Assembly: GCA_947459165.1 (NCBI GenBank)
Contig: CANHCW010000002.1
Coordinates: 1-43,729 of the forward strand
Direction of reading: 5' to 3'
Length of the DNA: 43,729 nucleotides
Source: Flavobacteriales bacterium
Lineage (GTDB): Bacteria > Bacteroidota > Bacteroidia > NS11-12g > UBA955
Of the stretch, positions 28,389 to 36,777 are shown piece by piece (the stretch's first letter is position 1; each line of letters begins with the position of its first letter). The notes beneath the pieces are model-generated. The model was not told where the DNA came from and ran no database searches. It saw only the letters and a list, made by a program, of their open reading frames with translations. The translations under genes and the position numbers were made by a program.

Positions 28389-30401
28389 ATGAACTTTTTG
28401 TATCCGGGATTCCTCTTCGCTTTGCTTCTGGTGGCCATTCCGGTGCTTGTTCATTTGTTCCGGTTTAGGCGTTACAAAACAGTTTTTTTCACTCGTGTTA
28501 AATTTCTGAGGTCTGTTGAAACTGAAACACGAAACAGAAACAAACTCAAACACCTGCTTACACTGCTTAGTCGGGTGCTGGCCATTGTTTGTCTGGTATT
28601 GGCTTTTGCAATCCCTTCATGCCAAAAAAATGCAGCTACCGGTAAAACAGCCATCAGTATCTACATCGACAATTCTTTAAGTATGCAAAACACCGGCGGC
28701 AATGGAATTTTGTTTGAAACGGCGAGGGAAAAAGCCAGAGAAATTGTAAACAGCTGGGGTGATGCAGGAGTATTTCAAATATTAAGCAATGACCCGGGCG
28801 GGGCGCAATTGCAGTTTTCTTCAGCCACAGATGCCATTCGTCATATTGATGCATTGAGGATTTCGCCTTCATCGGCAGGATTGAGTAAGGTGCTCAAAAG
28901 AATGAAGGAAGATCTGGCGTTGAGGCCTGAAAACAAAAATGCCTATGTCATTTCCGATTTTCAGCAGTCATTTACCGGATTACCCGAATCGCTGCCCAAA
29001 ATGAATACCACGGTAAGTTTTGTGAGGGTTGCCGGTAAAGTTGTGCCCAATATCAGCCTGGATTCGGCCTGGCTGGAACAACCTTTTGTACTGGAAAAGC
29101 AAAAAAACAAACTCAATTTCAGGCTTAAAAACTTCACTTCTAACGCACTGGAAGAGTTTCCGGTAAAACTGCGGGCAGGAAACAATTTACTGGGAATCAG
29201 CAGAATTTCAGTCGAGCCCGGTGCAGAAGCGATGGGTTCAATAGAGTTCACTTCCGAAGTAGGCGTAAGTACCGCAGAGTTGAGCATTGAGGATGCTGCG
29301 GTGGATTTTGATAATCGTCTGTTCCTGAATTTAAGTCCTGCTCCTGTTAATCCATTATTTATAATTGGTAACAACAGTTTTGTCGAAGCTGTTTTTCAGT
29401 CTCAAAGCATTTTCGGAGTAATGAAGAAAGTGGGAGGAATTCCTCCTCAAAACGAATCAGGGGTGTTGGTTTGGTGTGGATTTACCGGTATAGCCGATGC
29501 GCAGGCAGGGTTGCTGAAATCATGGCTTTCTTCGGGAAGGGCTGCCGTAATTGTTCCGGCTCCAAATGCAGACTTTTCAGGGCTTGCAGGTCGCTTTGGA
29601 TTGCCTGTGTTTCGCAAAGCGGGCGGTAATTTAAAGCTTGCTGCCGAAAGCCTGAAGAATCCGTTTTTTAGAAATGTGTTTAAGTCGGTGCCGGCCAATG
29701 TGGAAATGCCAAGAGTATTCCAGTATTTCAGCAGTGAAGGTGAGTTGGGCAATGGTGAAGCTATATTGAGGCTTGAGAATGGAAACCCCTTGATGCTGGC
29801 TTTTACGGCAGAACAGGGAAAACTGTTTGTTTTTACCGCGCCTTTCGAGAATACGGCTACCAACTTTGTAAAAAGCAGTTTGTTTTTACCTGTTCTCACC
29901 AATGCACTTATCGCTGAAAATGGCGGGGCTGCTTTATACGGAACCGCAGGGTCAAAAAAATTCATTCCGGTGAATGCTGCATTTCCTGCCGGAGACAAGG
30001 CAGTTGTGCTAAAAAATGGCAAGGTGGAACTGGCCGCTGAGGCCATTCGTGCAGAAAAGGGCATGAAAATATTTATGGGAAGAGAGCCTGCTCTGGCCGG
30101 CAACTATGAGGTCATTTCTGACAAACAGAAATCAGCTTCAATTTCAGTAAATCAAAATAGGGAAGACAGTGACCCGGCGCAGATGAAGGAGGATGTTTTC
30201 AGCCCTTGGATGTCGTCAAATAAAGCGCAATGGCTCGATACCGGAAACGCTACAGTGGCCAAGCTGGCACTGCCCAAACAGGGTGCATTCTGGCGGCTTT
30301 TTATATTGCTTGCTTCCATTTTCTTTGCAGTAGAAGTGATGATAATTGTGTTTTGGGACAGGTTCTCAACTAAATTTGCCAAATCCAAACCCGCCTCATG
30401 A
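28389..30401 (+). CDS. BatA-like membrane protein: N-terminal double-TM domain, vWA-like domain, C-terminal TM helix
   Basis: 670 aa. The N-terminus MNFLYPGFLFALLLVAIPVLVHLFRFRR is typical of the aerotolerance BatA N-terminal domain. It has a DxSxS MIDAS-like motif (IYIDNSLSM) and a C-terminal helix (FWRLFILLASIFFAVEVMIIVFW). Confidence 0.75.
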   Translation: MNFLYPGFLFALLLVAIPVLVHLFRFRRYKTVFFTRVKFLRSVETETRNRNKLKHLLTLLSRVLAIVCLVLAFAIPSCQKNAATGKTAISIYIDNSLSMQNTGGNGILFETAREKAREIVNSWGDAGVFQILSNDPGGAQLQFSSATDAIRHIDALRISPSSAGLSKVLKRMKEDLALRPENKNAYVISDFQQSFTGLPESLPKMNTTVSFVRVAGKVVPNISLDSAWLEQPFVLEKQKNKLNFRLKNFTSNALEEFPVKLRAGNNLLGISRISVEPGAEAMGSIEFTSEVGVSTAELSIEDAAVDFDNRLFLNLSPAPVNPLFIIGNNSFVEAVFQSQSIFGVMKKVGGIPPQNESGVLVWCGFTGIADAQAGLLKSWLSSGRAAVIVPAPNADFSGLAGRFGLPVFRKAGGNLKLAAESLKNPFFRNVFKSVPANVEMPRVFQYFSSEGELGNGEAILRLENGNPLMLAFTAEQGKLFVFTAPFENTATNFVKSSLFLPVLTNALIAENGGAALYGTAGSKKFIPVNAAFPAGDKAVVLKNGKVELAAEAIRAEKGMKIFMGREPALAGNYEVISDKQKSASISVNQNREDSDPAQMKEDVFSPWMSSNKAQWLDTGNATVAKLALPKQGAFWRLFILLASIFFAVEVMIIVFWDRFSTKFAKSKPAS

Positions 30402-31675
30402 GCAAAATCATCATCCATTCTGCCAGGGTTGCCGACAGCAAAAGCCCGCATAACGGCAAGGAAGTTGATATTTTAATTGAAAATGGGGTAATTGCCCAAA
30501 TTGAGACAAGCATTTCCGGTGATTTTGAAACAGTAGATGTCCGTGGAGCTTTTATTTCCCCCGGCTGGACCGATGTTTTTGCCTGCTGCGGAGACCCCGG
30601 AGAAGAGTGGAAAGAAGACATTGGCAGTTTAGCCAATGCAGCGCACGCAGGTGGATTTACCGCTGTTGCAGCTTATTGCGGAACTCAGCCTACACCTGAA
30701 ACGGGCAGTGCAATTCAATCGGTACTGAACAAAACCCGTAGCTTGCCCGTTCGCATTCTGCCGCTGGGCAGTTTTACCAAGGCCGAAAGTGGTGAAATGA
30801 CCGAGTTGTTTGACATGCAAAATTGCGGCGCTGCCGGATTTGTGAGTCATGATAATCCGGTTTCGGACTCCGGATTTATTTCGCGACTTCTTGATTATTC
30901 CAAGAACCTGAGTGCCCCCGTATTGTTGGAAGCCTATGATAAAAAATTGGCTCCGGCCGGCCGGATGCATGAAGGCGCAGTGGCGGCATCGCTGGGCTTA
31001 AAAGGCATTCCCACTGTAAGTGAAAGCATTCCGCTAAAGCAAATTATTGATATTGCAGCCTGGCTAAAAACCAGCGTGCACATTTACAAGGTAAGCTCTG
31101 CCGAGTCTGTTGAAATTGTTAGGGCTGCCAAAGCTCAAGGCCAAAAAGTATTCTGTGCAGTGCCTATATATAATTTGTTGTTTTGCGACAAAGACCTGGA
31201 AAGTTTTGATGAGAACCACAAAGTGTTGCCGCCTTACAGAAGCGAATTTGATAGAAATGCCTTGCTGAATGGATTGCTCGATGGAACCATTGACGCAGTG
31301 ATGAGCAATCATCAGCCGCAGGATACTGAAAACAAGGCGGTTGAATTTGAATATGCTGCCTGGGGAGCATCGTCTATTCAGACTGTAATGAATGTGTTAT
31401 GCGGTGTGCCCGGATTTACCGCCGACAGGATTGCTGAAATTCTGGCTCACGGATCCAGAAGGTTTTTGAATTTAACTGAGGTGAGCATTGCTGTAGGCCA
31501 AAAAGCCGATTTTACTGTGTTTAAAACAGATGATACACGGACTTTTAACGCCCAAACTGATTTGAGCAAAGGAGTGAATCACCCCTTGAGAGGAAAAGAC
31601 TTAAAAGGAGTTGTACTGGGCACAGTCTTGAATGGCAAATGGAATGCAGTGAATTTAGCTGCAGGGAAAGCCTGA
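30398..31675 (+). CDS. Dihydroorotase-like amidohydrolase-fold protein, predicted non-catalytic
   Basis: 425 aa that aligns end to end with type I dihydroorotases (ISPGWTD..DPG, GGFTAV, MHEG, LPPYRSEFDRNALLNGLLDGTIDAV). All ligand positions are substituted. HxH becomes F-A-C (DVFACCGDPG), HAED becomes EAYD, HvcHvS becomes HIYKVS, and TDHAPH becomes SNHQPQ. The ATGA overlaps the upstream stop. Confidence 0.8.
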   Translation: MSKIIIHSARVADSKSPHNGKEVDILIENGVIAQIETSISGDFETVDVRGAFISPGWTDVFACCGDPGEEWKEDIGSLANAAHAGGFTAVAAYCGTQPTPETGSAIQSVLNKTRSLPVRILPLGSFTKAESGEMTELFDMQNCGAAGFVSHDNPVSDSGFISRLLDYSKNLSAPVLLEAYDKKLAPAGRMHEGAVAASLGLKGIPTVSESIPLKQIIDIAAWLKTSVHIYKVSSAESVEIVRAAKAQGQKVFCAVPIYNLLFCDKDLESFDENHKVLPPYRSEFDRNALLNGLLDGTIDAVMSNHQPQDTENKAVEFEYAAWGASSIQTVMNVLCGVPGFTADRIAEILAHGSRRFLNLTEVSIAVGQKADFTVFKTDDTRTFNAQTDLSKGVNHPLRGKDLKGVVLGTVLNGKWNAVNLAAGKA

Positions 31676-31682
31676 TTTTTTG

Positions 31683-32498
31683 ATGGAAAAGCATATTCAC
31701 AGCCCGCAAAATCCGCTGGTAAAGGAAACTGTTTTGCTGCTCGAAAAAAGCCGTGAGAGAAAGGCTAAAGGATTGTTTGTTGCTGAAGGATTGAATGAGT
31801 TAAGGTTGTGCATTGGCGCAGGTTACAAAGTTCAAAAATTATTTTTCTGCGAGCAGGATATCGGAAGGGGTGATCTGCTTGAAACACTTCAAATGAATGC
31901 CGAACAGGTTCAGACTGTTTCTGTTTCTCCTGAGGTGATGAAGAAAATTGCATACCGTGAGGGAGTGAAAAATGCAGTGGCTGTGGCAGAGTCAAGAAAA
32001 CATGAATTAAAAGATTTGAAATTGCCAGACAATGCCTTGGTTGTAGTGGCAGAGGCGGTTGAAAAACCCGGTAATTTGGGTGCATTGCTAAGAAGCGCCG
32101 ACGCTGCCGGAGCCGATGCCCTTATACTTTGTAATCCGGGGACGGATGTTTACAACCCCAATGTGATTCGAAGCAGTGTGGGCTGTTTATTTACCATGTC
32201 GCTTGCGGTGGCTACTGCCGAAGAAACCACTACTTTTCTTTCTGAAAAAGGGTTTCAGGTGTTTACCACATTCATGGACAATGCTGAAAGTGCGTGGAAT
32301 GCCGATTTTAAGCAGGCAACTGCACTTGTGATTGGGACAGAAAGCGTAGGACTGAGCAAAGAGTGGCGCAAGCCGAATTTTAAAAATATAAACATACCCA
32401 TGTTTGGTAAAGTAGATAGTTTGAATGTTTCTGCAGCCGCCGCGGTATTGATGTTTGAGGCGGCCCGACAGCGCAGGGGTGGTAACTTTGCCGTATGA
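31683..32498 (+). CDS. RNA 2'-O-methyltransferase, TrmH/SpoU family
   Basis: The track start at 31680 is TTG and the ATG is at 31683. SPOUT motifs are present: VEKPGNLGALLRSADAAGA, LVIGTESVGL and GKVDSLNVSAAAAVLMFE. Confidence 0.85.
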   Translation: MEKHIHSPQNPLVKETVLLLEKSRERKAKGLFVAEGLNELRLCIGAGYKVQKLFFCEQDIGRGDLLETLQMNAEQVQTVSVSPEVMKKIAYREGVKNAVAVAESRKHELKDLKLPDNALVVVAEAVEKPGNLGALLRSADAAGADALILCNPGTDVYNPNVIRSSVGCLFTMSLAVATAEETTTFLSEKGFQVFTTFMDNAESAWNADFKQATALVIGTESVGLSKEWRKPNFKNINIPMFGKVDSLNVSAAAAVLMFEAARQRRGGNFAV

Positions 32499-33814
32499 TG
32501 CGCATTGTTGTTTTGGGTTCGGGAAGAAGTTCATGGTATTTGCTGAATTATTTGGCAGAAAAATCAGCGGAAAAGGGCTGGAAACTGCTGGTTTGCGATC
32601 GGGACGAGCAAGCTTTGCAAAACCATACCAAAGGCTTACTGCTTGAAACAAGGGTTTGCGACATTGCCAACACCGATGTTTTGAGTGAACTGATTGAAGG
32701 CAGTGCCATAGTCATTTCGTTGCTGCCCCCTACAATGCATTTTGCGGTGGCACAACTTTGCTTAAAGTGGGGAGTGCATCTGGCAACAGCAAGTTATGTG
32801 AGTGCAGAGATGAAAAATTTGCACAGCAGCGCAGCCGCCAAGGGTTTGATTTTTTTGAATGAAATGGGGCTGGATCCGGGTATTGATCACCTGAGTGCAA
32901 TGCGCGCCATGGACGCAATCAGAAGTCGTGGAGCTGAGGTTGTTTCATTTGAGAGTTATTGCGGAGGATTGATTGCCGAGGCTAATTGTGGCGACAATCC
33001 GTGGGGCTATAAATTCAGCTGGAATCCGAGAAATGTTGTATTGGCGGGGCAGGGCGGCATGAGTATTTACCGACAGAATGATGTTACCCGTTGTTTGCCC
33101 TGGCACAGACTGTTCGGGCAGGCCGGAAGGCTCCCTATTCCCGGTTTGGGGAATTTTGATGCGTATGCCAACCGAGATAGTTTGGGTTACGCAGAAGCGT
33201 ATGGTTTGCAAAAAGCTAAAACCATTGTGAGGGGCACACTTCGCCGTTCGGGGTTTTGCGAGGCATGGCAGGTGCTTGTAGAATTGGGCTATACCGATGC
33301 TTTGACCATTTTACCAAAATCAGTGCGAAGCATGGCAGCACTTTCTGATGCGCTGACAGGAAAAGAGGAGTCAACCACTACGGCCGATTGGTTGCTGAAT
33401 AATCAAATCATCACAGCTGAGATGAAAGAGAAGTTTAAGTTTTTGGGGCTGGATGATGAGCAGATTTTTGCTGAAGTTGAAACTGCGGCCGATATACTTA
33501 CTCAGCAGTTGATGAAAAAGTGGAAAATGGGCGAGAAAGACCGTGATGAAGTGGTGATGTACCATAAAATAGGTTTTGAAGAAGACGGGGAATTGAAAAC
33601 ACATCACTCAGTATTGCGGGTAACGGGGGATGATGCGCTGCATACAGCCATGGCGAAAACGGTTGGTTTGCCTTTGGCAATGGGCGTTGAAATGATTCTG
33701 TTAGGTGAGAGTAAGGAACTCGGCGTGGTGATTCCTGTTTCGTCGGGCTGGTATGTGCCGGTCTTAAAAAGATTGGAACAGCATGGAATTGTGTTCAAAG
33801 AAAGTATCGGTTAA
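32495..33814 (+). CDS. Saccharopine dehydrogenase family protein
   Basis: 439 aa with an N-terminal Rossmann fold (IVVLGSGRSSWY) and NEMGLDPGIDH, which is typical of saccharopine reductase-like enzymes. The ATGA overlaps the TrmH stop. Confidence 0.75.
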   Translation: MMRIVVLGSGRSSWYLLNYLAEKSAEKGWKLLVCDRDEQALQNHTKGLLLETRVCDIANTDVLSELIEGSAIVISLLPPTMHFAVAQLCLKWGVHLATASYVSAEMKNLHSSAAAKGLIFLNEMGLDPGIDHLSAMRAMDAIRSRGAEVVSFESYCGGLIAEANCGDNPWGYKFSWNPRNVVLAGQGGMSIYRQNDVTRCLPWHRLFGQAGRLPIPGLGNFDAYANRDSLGYAEAYGLQKAKTIVRGTLRRSGFCEAWQVLVELGYTDALTILPKSVRSMAALSDALTGKEESTTTADWLLNNQIITAEMKEKFKFLGLDDEQIFAEVETAADILTQQLMKKWKMGEKDRDEVVMYHKIGFEEDGELKTHHSVLRVTGDDALHTAMAKTVGLPLAMGVEMILLGESKELGVVIPVSSGWYVPVLKRLEQHGIVFKESIG

Positions 33815-33854
33815 CTACTTTTCCACAACAGTCATTATTCGAAAATTTCTGCAC

Positions 33855-33862
33855 TATTTTTG
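33855..33862 (+). promoter_or_regulatory. -7 promoter box (TATTTTTG) for the WD40 gene
   Basis: Exact TAnnTTTG match, 20 nt upstream of the ATG at 33883. Confidence 0.45.
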
Positions 33863-33882
33863 ATTGAGATAAATTAAAAAAT

Positions 33883-34959
33883 ATGCTTAGGATTCTGATT
33901 TTCACCGCATTAATATTGTCTGTTTCAACCAAAATAAACGCGCAGGACAGTTCATTTCGCCTGAATATGAAACTCAGCGGGCATCGGGCCAACCTTGAGG
34001 CAGTGGCTTTTTCACCTGATGGGAAATGGCTTGCTAGCGGTGGTTGGGATAACGAAATGCGCATTTACAAAGCAGATACTCCCAAACGGTGGTCAGAAGT
34101 TAGGGTACACAAATCGCACAGGGCAGCAATTACAAGCATTGCTTTCAGTAAGGACGGTAAATTTGTTGCTTCCGGATCTAAAGATTTTACCATTCAGGTG
34201 TATGAAACGGAAACAGGTAAGGCTGTATTTAGTGCAAGCGACCACAAGGATGCGGTAACGCGGGTTTTATTCGATGCCAAATCAAAATTTATTATGAGCA
34301 GCAGTGTGGATGGAACCATCAGAATGTATGACCTTTTGGAGCCCAAAAACAATGAAAAGCCCCGGTTTATTAAATACACAGGCCCCATAAACAGTTTTGT
34401 TCCCGCAATTGACGGCAGGTCGTTTTTTGTTGCCTCGAATAAAGCGGTTATTGATATAGTGGATTTTAAAGGCACTGTGTTGAGAACTCTTACAGGTCAT
34501 AGCGATGTGGTTACAAGCATGGCGCTTTCTCCTGATGGCAAAAAACTGATTAGTGGCAGTTACGATAAAACGGTAATCAACTGGGATTTAACTACAGGAA
34601 AAGCATTGCGAACGCTGAAGGGTCATTTGTGGAAAGTAACTTCGGTTTGTTGGAGCAACGATGGTCGTTATATGGCTAGCACAGGTAACGAGGGCGAAAC
34701 CATTGTGTGGGATGCTGAATCTGGACAAACACTTACAACAATAACCAAGCCGGGAAACAACGCCCGCTGTGCGTCTTTCAGTTCTGATGCTTCGGTTTTG
34801 GCTATTGCTACACTGATGCAAATCAAGGATCATGGTCCGGTTTTGTACACAACCCCGCTTAGAAGTGTGAAACCGATTAAAAAGCCGGCCGCACCTGCAA
34901 CAGCGACACCTGCAGTTGGAACCAAGCCGGCTGCAAATACTACGGCAAAACCTAAGTAA
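33883..34959 (+). CDS. Exported WD40-repeat beta-propeller protein with low-complexity Ala/Pro/Thr/Lys tail
   Basis: Sec signal (LIFTALILSVSTKINA-QD). It has about seven WD40 units with GH...WD-like spacing (GHRANLEAVAFSPDGKWLASGGWD, GHSDVVTSMALSPDGKKLISGSYD, GHLWKVTSVCWSNDGRYMAS). The tail is KKPAAPATATPAVGTKPAANTTAKPK. Confidence 0.8.
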   Translation: MLRILIFTALILSVSTKINAQDSSFRLNMKLSGHRANLEAVAFSPDGKWLASGGWDNEMRIYKADTPKRWSEVRVHKSHRAAITSIAFSKDGKFVASGSKDFTIQVYETETGKAVFSASDHKDAVTRVLFDAKSKFIMSSSVDGTIRMYDLLEPKNNEKPRFIKYTGPINSFVPAIDGRSFFVASNKAVIDIVDFKGTVLRTLTGHSDVVTSMALSPDGKKLISGSYDKTVINWDLTTGKALRTLKGHLWKVTSVCWSNDGRYMASTGNEGETIVWDAESGQTLTTITKPGNNARCASFSSDASVLAIATLMQIKDHGPVLYTTPLRSVKPIKKPAAPATATPAVGTKPAANTTAKPK

Positions 34960-34965
34960 TCTATT

Positions 34966-35382
34966 ATGGCAGATATAATCAATTCGGGCAAAGCACCCGA
35001 ACCCGTTGGACTTTATCCTCACGCTAGGCGGGTTGGAAACCTTTTATTTTTAAGCGGTGTTGGACCGCGCGAACGCGGAACCAAAAAAATTCCCGGGGTT
35101 GAACTGGATGAACAGGGGAATATTCAAAGCTATGACATTGAAATCCAGTGCAGAAGTGTGTTTCAAAATGTTCGCTGGATATTGGAAGATGCAGGCAGCA
35201 GCTGGGATAAAATTATTGATGTAACGGTGTTTCTCACCAATATGAAAGACGATTTTCCTACCTACAACAGGCTGTGGGCAGAGTACTTTTCAGAAAATCC
35301 ACCCTGCCGCACAACCTTGGAGATTAATTGTTTGCCAACGCCCATTGCAATTGAGCTAAAGGTGCTGGCAACAATTGATTAA
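34966..35382 (+). CDS. RidA/YjgF family reactive-intermediate deaminase
   Basis: 138 aa with LFLSGVGP, DVTVFLTNM and PCRTTLEI, all typical of the YjgF/RidA fold. Confidence 0.85.
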   Translation: MADIINSGKAPEPVGLYPHARRVGNLLFLSGVGPRERGTKKIPGVELDEQGNIQSYDIEIQCRSVFQNVRWILEDAGSSWDKIIDVTVFLTNMKDDFPTYNRLWAEYFSENPPCRTTLEINCLPTPIAIELKVLATID

Positions 35383-35393
35383 CGACGGAACAA

Positions 35394-35696
35394 TTACAAA
35401 CTACCTGTAATACGGGCCTTAACCTTAGCCAGTTGATTGGAAAGGGAGCTAATCGCCTTGTCTGTGGCGGTTTCAAAGGTTTGGTCACTTTCAGAAACGA
35501 AAATCTGTGTTTCAGGCAGATTCAGTTTGATTTCAATGAACTTGTTCTGTTTGTTACTGGCTTTGTTCACCTTTAGGTAAACAGTGGCATACAGAACGCG
35601 GTTGTACAGTTTCTCCATTTTTTGGAGCTTCGAACCGATGAATTCGCGCAGTTTAATGTCTGCCTTGAAGTTGGTGCTTTGAAAATCGATGACCAT
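35394..35696 (-). CDS. hpf: Ribosome hibernation promoting factor / RaiA family (short form)
   Basis: 100 aa. IKLREFIGSKLQKMEKLY...ETATDKAISSLSNQLAKVK matches the sigma-54 modulation/S30EA family pattern. It lies downstream of the xerC-like gene, as in many Bacteroidota. Confidence 0.85.
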   Translation of the reverse strand: MVIDFQSTNFKADIKLREFIGSKLQKMEKLYNRVLYATVYLKVNKASNKQNKFIEIKLNLPETQIFVSESDQTFETATDKAISSLSNQLAKVKARITGSL

Positions 35697-35814
35697 GGTT
35701 TTGAAATTTAAGGGTTTAACTTTTTGATGCGGCTGGCATCTGGAAATGCAATTTAATCATCTAAACGACATTTCCAAATGATTTCGATAAAGTCTAATAA
35801 TACTCCGACAGCGA

Positions 35815-36681
35815 TTAATCCCGTGGATGAAGCGCGTGAATTTTTTTCAGTTTCTCGAAGCTGTTTTTGGTGTAAACCTGTGTAGCGGCCAGGTTGGCAT
35901 GTCCTAATATCTCTTTTATGGCTAACAGTTCCGCACCATTATTGAGCATGTGAGTCGCAAAGGAATGGCGAAGCACATGAGGGCTGGTTTTGAGTGCATC
36001 GCTGAACAGCCTGAGGTATTTGTTAACCAAACGGTACACAAAAACAGGGTATAAAGGTTTTCCGTTTTCGAGGCAGAACAAATAGCCATTTCTGCCGAAA
36101 ATGAACGGTCTTAATTCCTCGGCTGCCTCCGGATGAATGGGGATAACCCTTTGTTTGTTTCGTTTGCCGGTGACAGAAATATTCATCCTATCAAGGTCAA
36201 TATCAATGCATTTTAAGCCAATCAGTTCACTCAGACGCATGCCTGTGCTATAAAAAAGCAAAAGCAGAAGTCGGTCTCGCATGCCAAATTCAGTTTCATC
36301 CCAGGGAAAGTGTGCGAACAGGTTTTGAAGGTCTGCTGCCGGAATGTCTTGTACGATTCGTTTGGGTGTTTTGGGAGTGGAAATTTTTGAAAGGGGATCT
36401 TTGTTGATAATGCCGTTTTTTCTGAGGTATTTGGAAAAAGAACGCAAGGTTGACACTTTTCGGTGAATACTTCTGGGCGAAATTTTGGTTTCCATGAGGT
36501 GTGCCATCCAGCTGCGCACTGTTCGAGATTCTGTTCCCTCCAACAAATTAAATTCAAGCGTTTTGCAAAATGCCTCAAACTGCTCGAGGTCGGAACGGTA
36601 AGCCGAAATAGTATGCATGGACATTCGCCTGTTTAAAGAGAGGTAGCGGAGAAATTCTTCGGCGTGAATATGCATATTCAT
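35815..36681 (-). CDS. Tyrosine recombinase XerC/XerD-like
   Basis: 288 aa with an N-terminal SAM-like domain and a catalytic domain carrying R (TGMRLSEL), HVLRHSFATH and LGHANLAATQVYT. Confidence 0.88.
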   Translation of the reverse strand: MNMHIHAEEFLRYLSLNRRMSMHTISAYRSDLEQFEAFCKTLEFNLLEGTESRTVRSWMAHLMETKISPRSIHRKVSTLRSFSKYLRKNGIINKDPLSKISTPKTPKRIVQDIPAADLQNLFAHFPWDETEFGMRDRLLLLLFYSTGMRLSELIGLKCIDIDLDRMNISVTGKRNKQRVIPIHPEAAEELRPFIFGRNGYLFCLENGKPLYPVFVYRLVNKYLRLFSDALKTSPHVLRHSFATHMLNNGAELLAIKEILGHANLAATQVYTKNSFEKLKKIHALHPRD

Positions 36682-36777
36682 TACAAAACAACGGCGGCAA
36701 TGACATTTTTATTTGTTTTGTTACACACTCAGGTGGAAAACCCAAATGGAAGGTCTGTTTTTTCGTACTTTCGTTGA

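Noticed and set aside
29447-30103. 218-aa minus-strand ORF inside the BatA-like gene, plus others at 28104..28553 and 28961..29374.
   Set aside because: They are antisense to a gene with a coherent TM/vWA/TM architecture. They are Ala/Ser/Pro-rich low-complexity translations and have no promoter box.
35741-35776. Inverted repeat TGGAAATG-N20-CATTTCCA between xerC and hpf, considered as a terminator or operator.
   Set aside because: It has only 8 bp arms and a 20-nt loop, with no U-tract on either strand. A match of this size is plausible by chance in 43 kb. It is worth revisiting only if conserved in relatives.
35815-36681. Tyrosine recombinase as a marker of an integrated mobile element.
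   Set aside because: It has XerC/XerD-like size and motifs and sits next to hpf, as the housekeeping copy does in many Bacteroidota. I saw no flanking direct repeats, excisionase, or phage or conjugation genes. The nearby tRNA genes are intact and distant.
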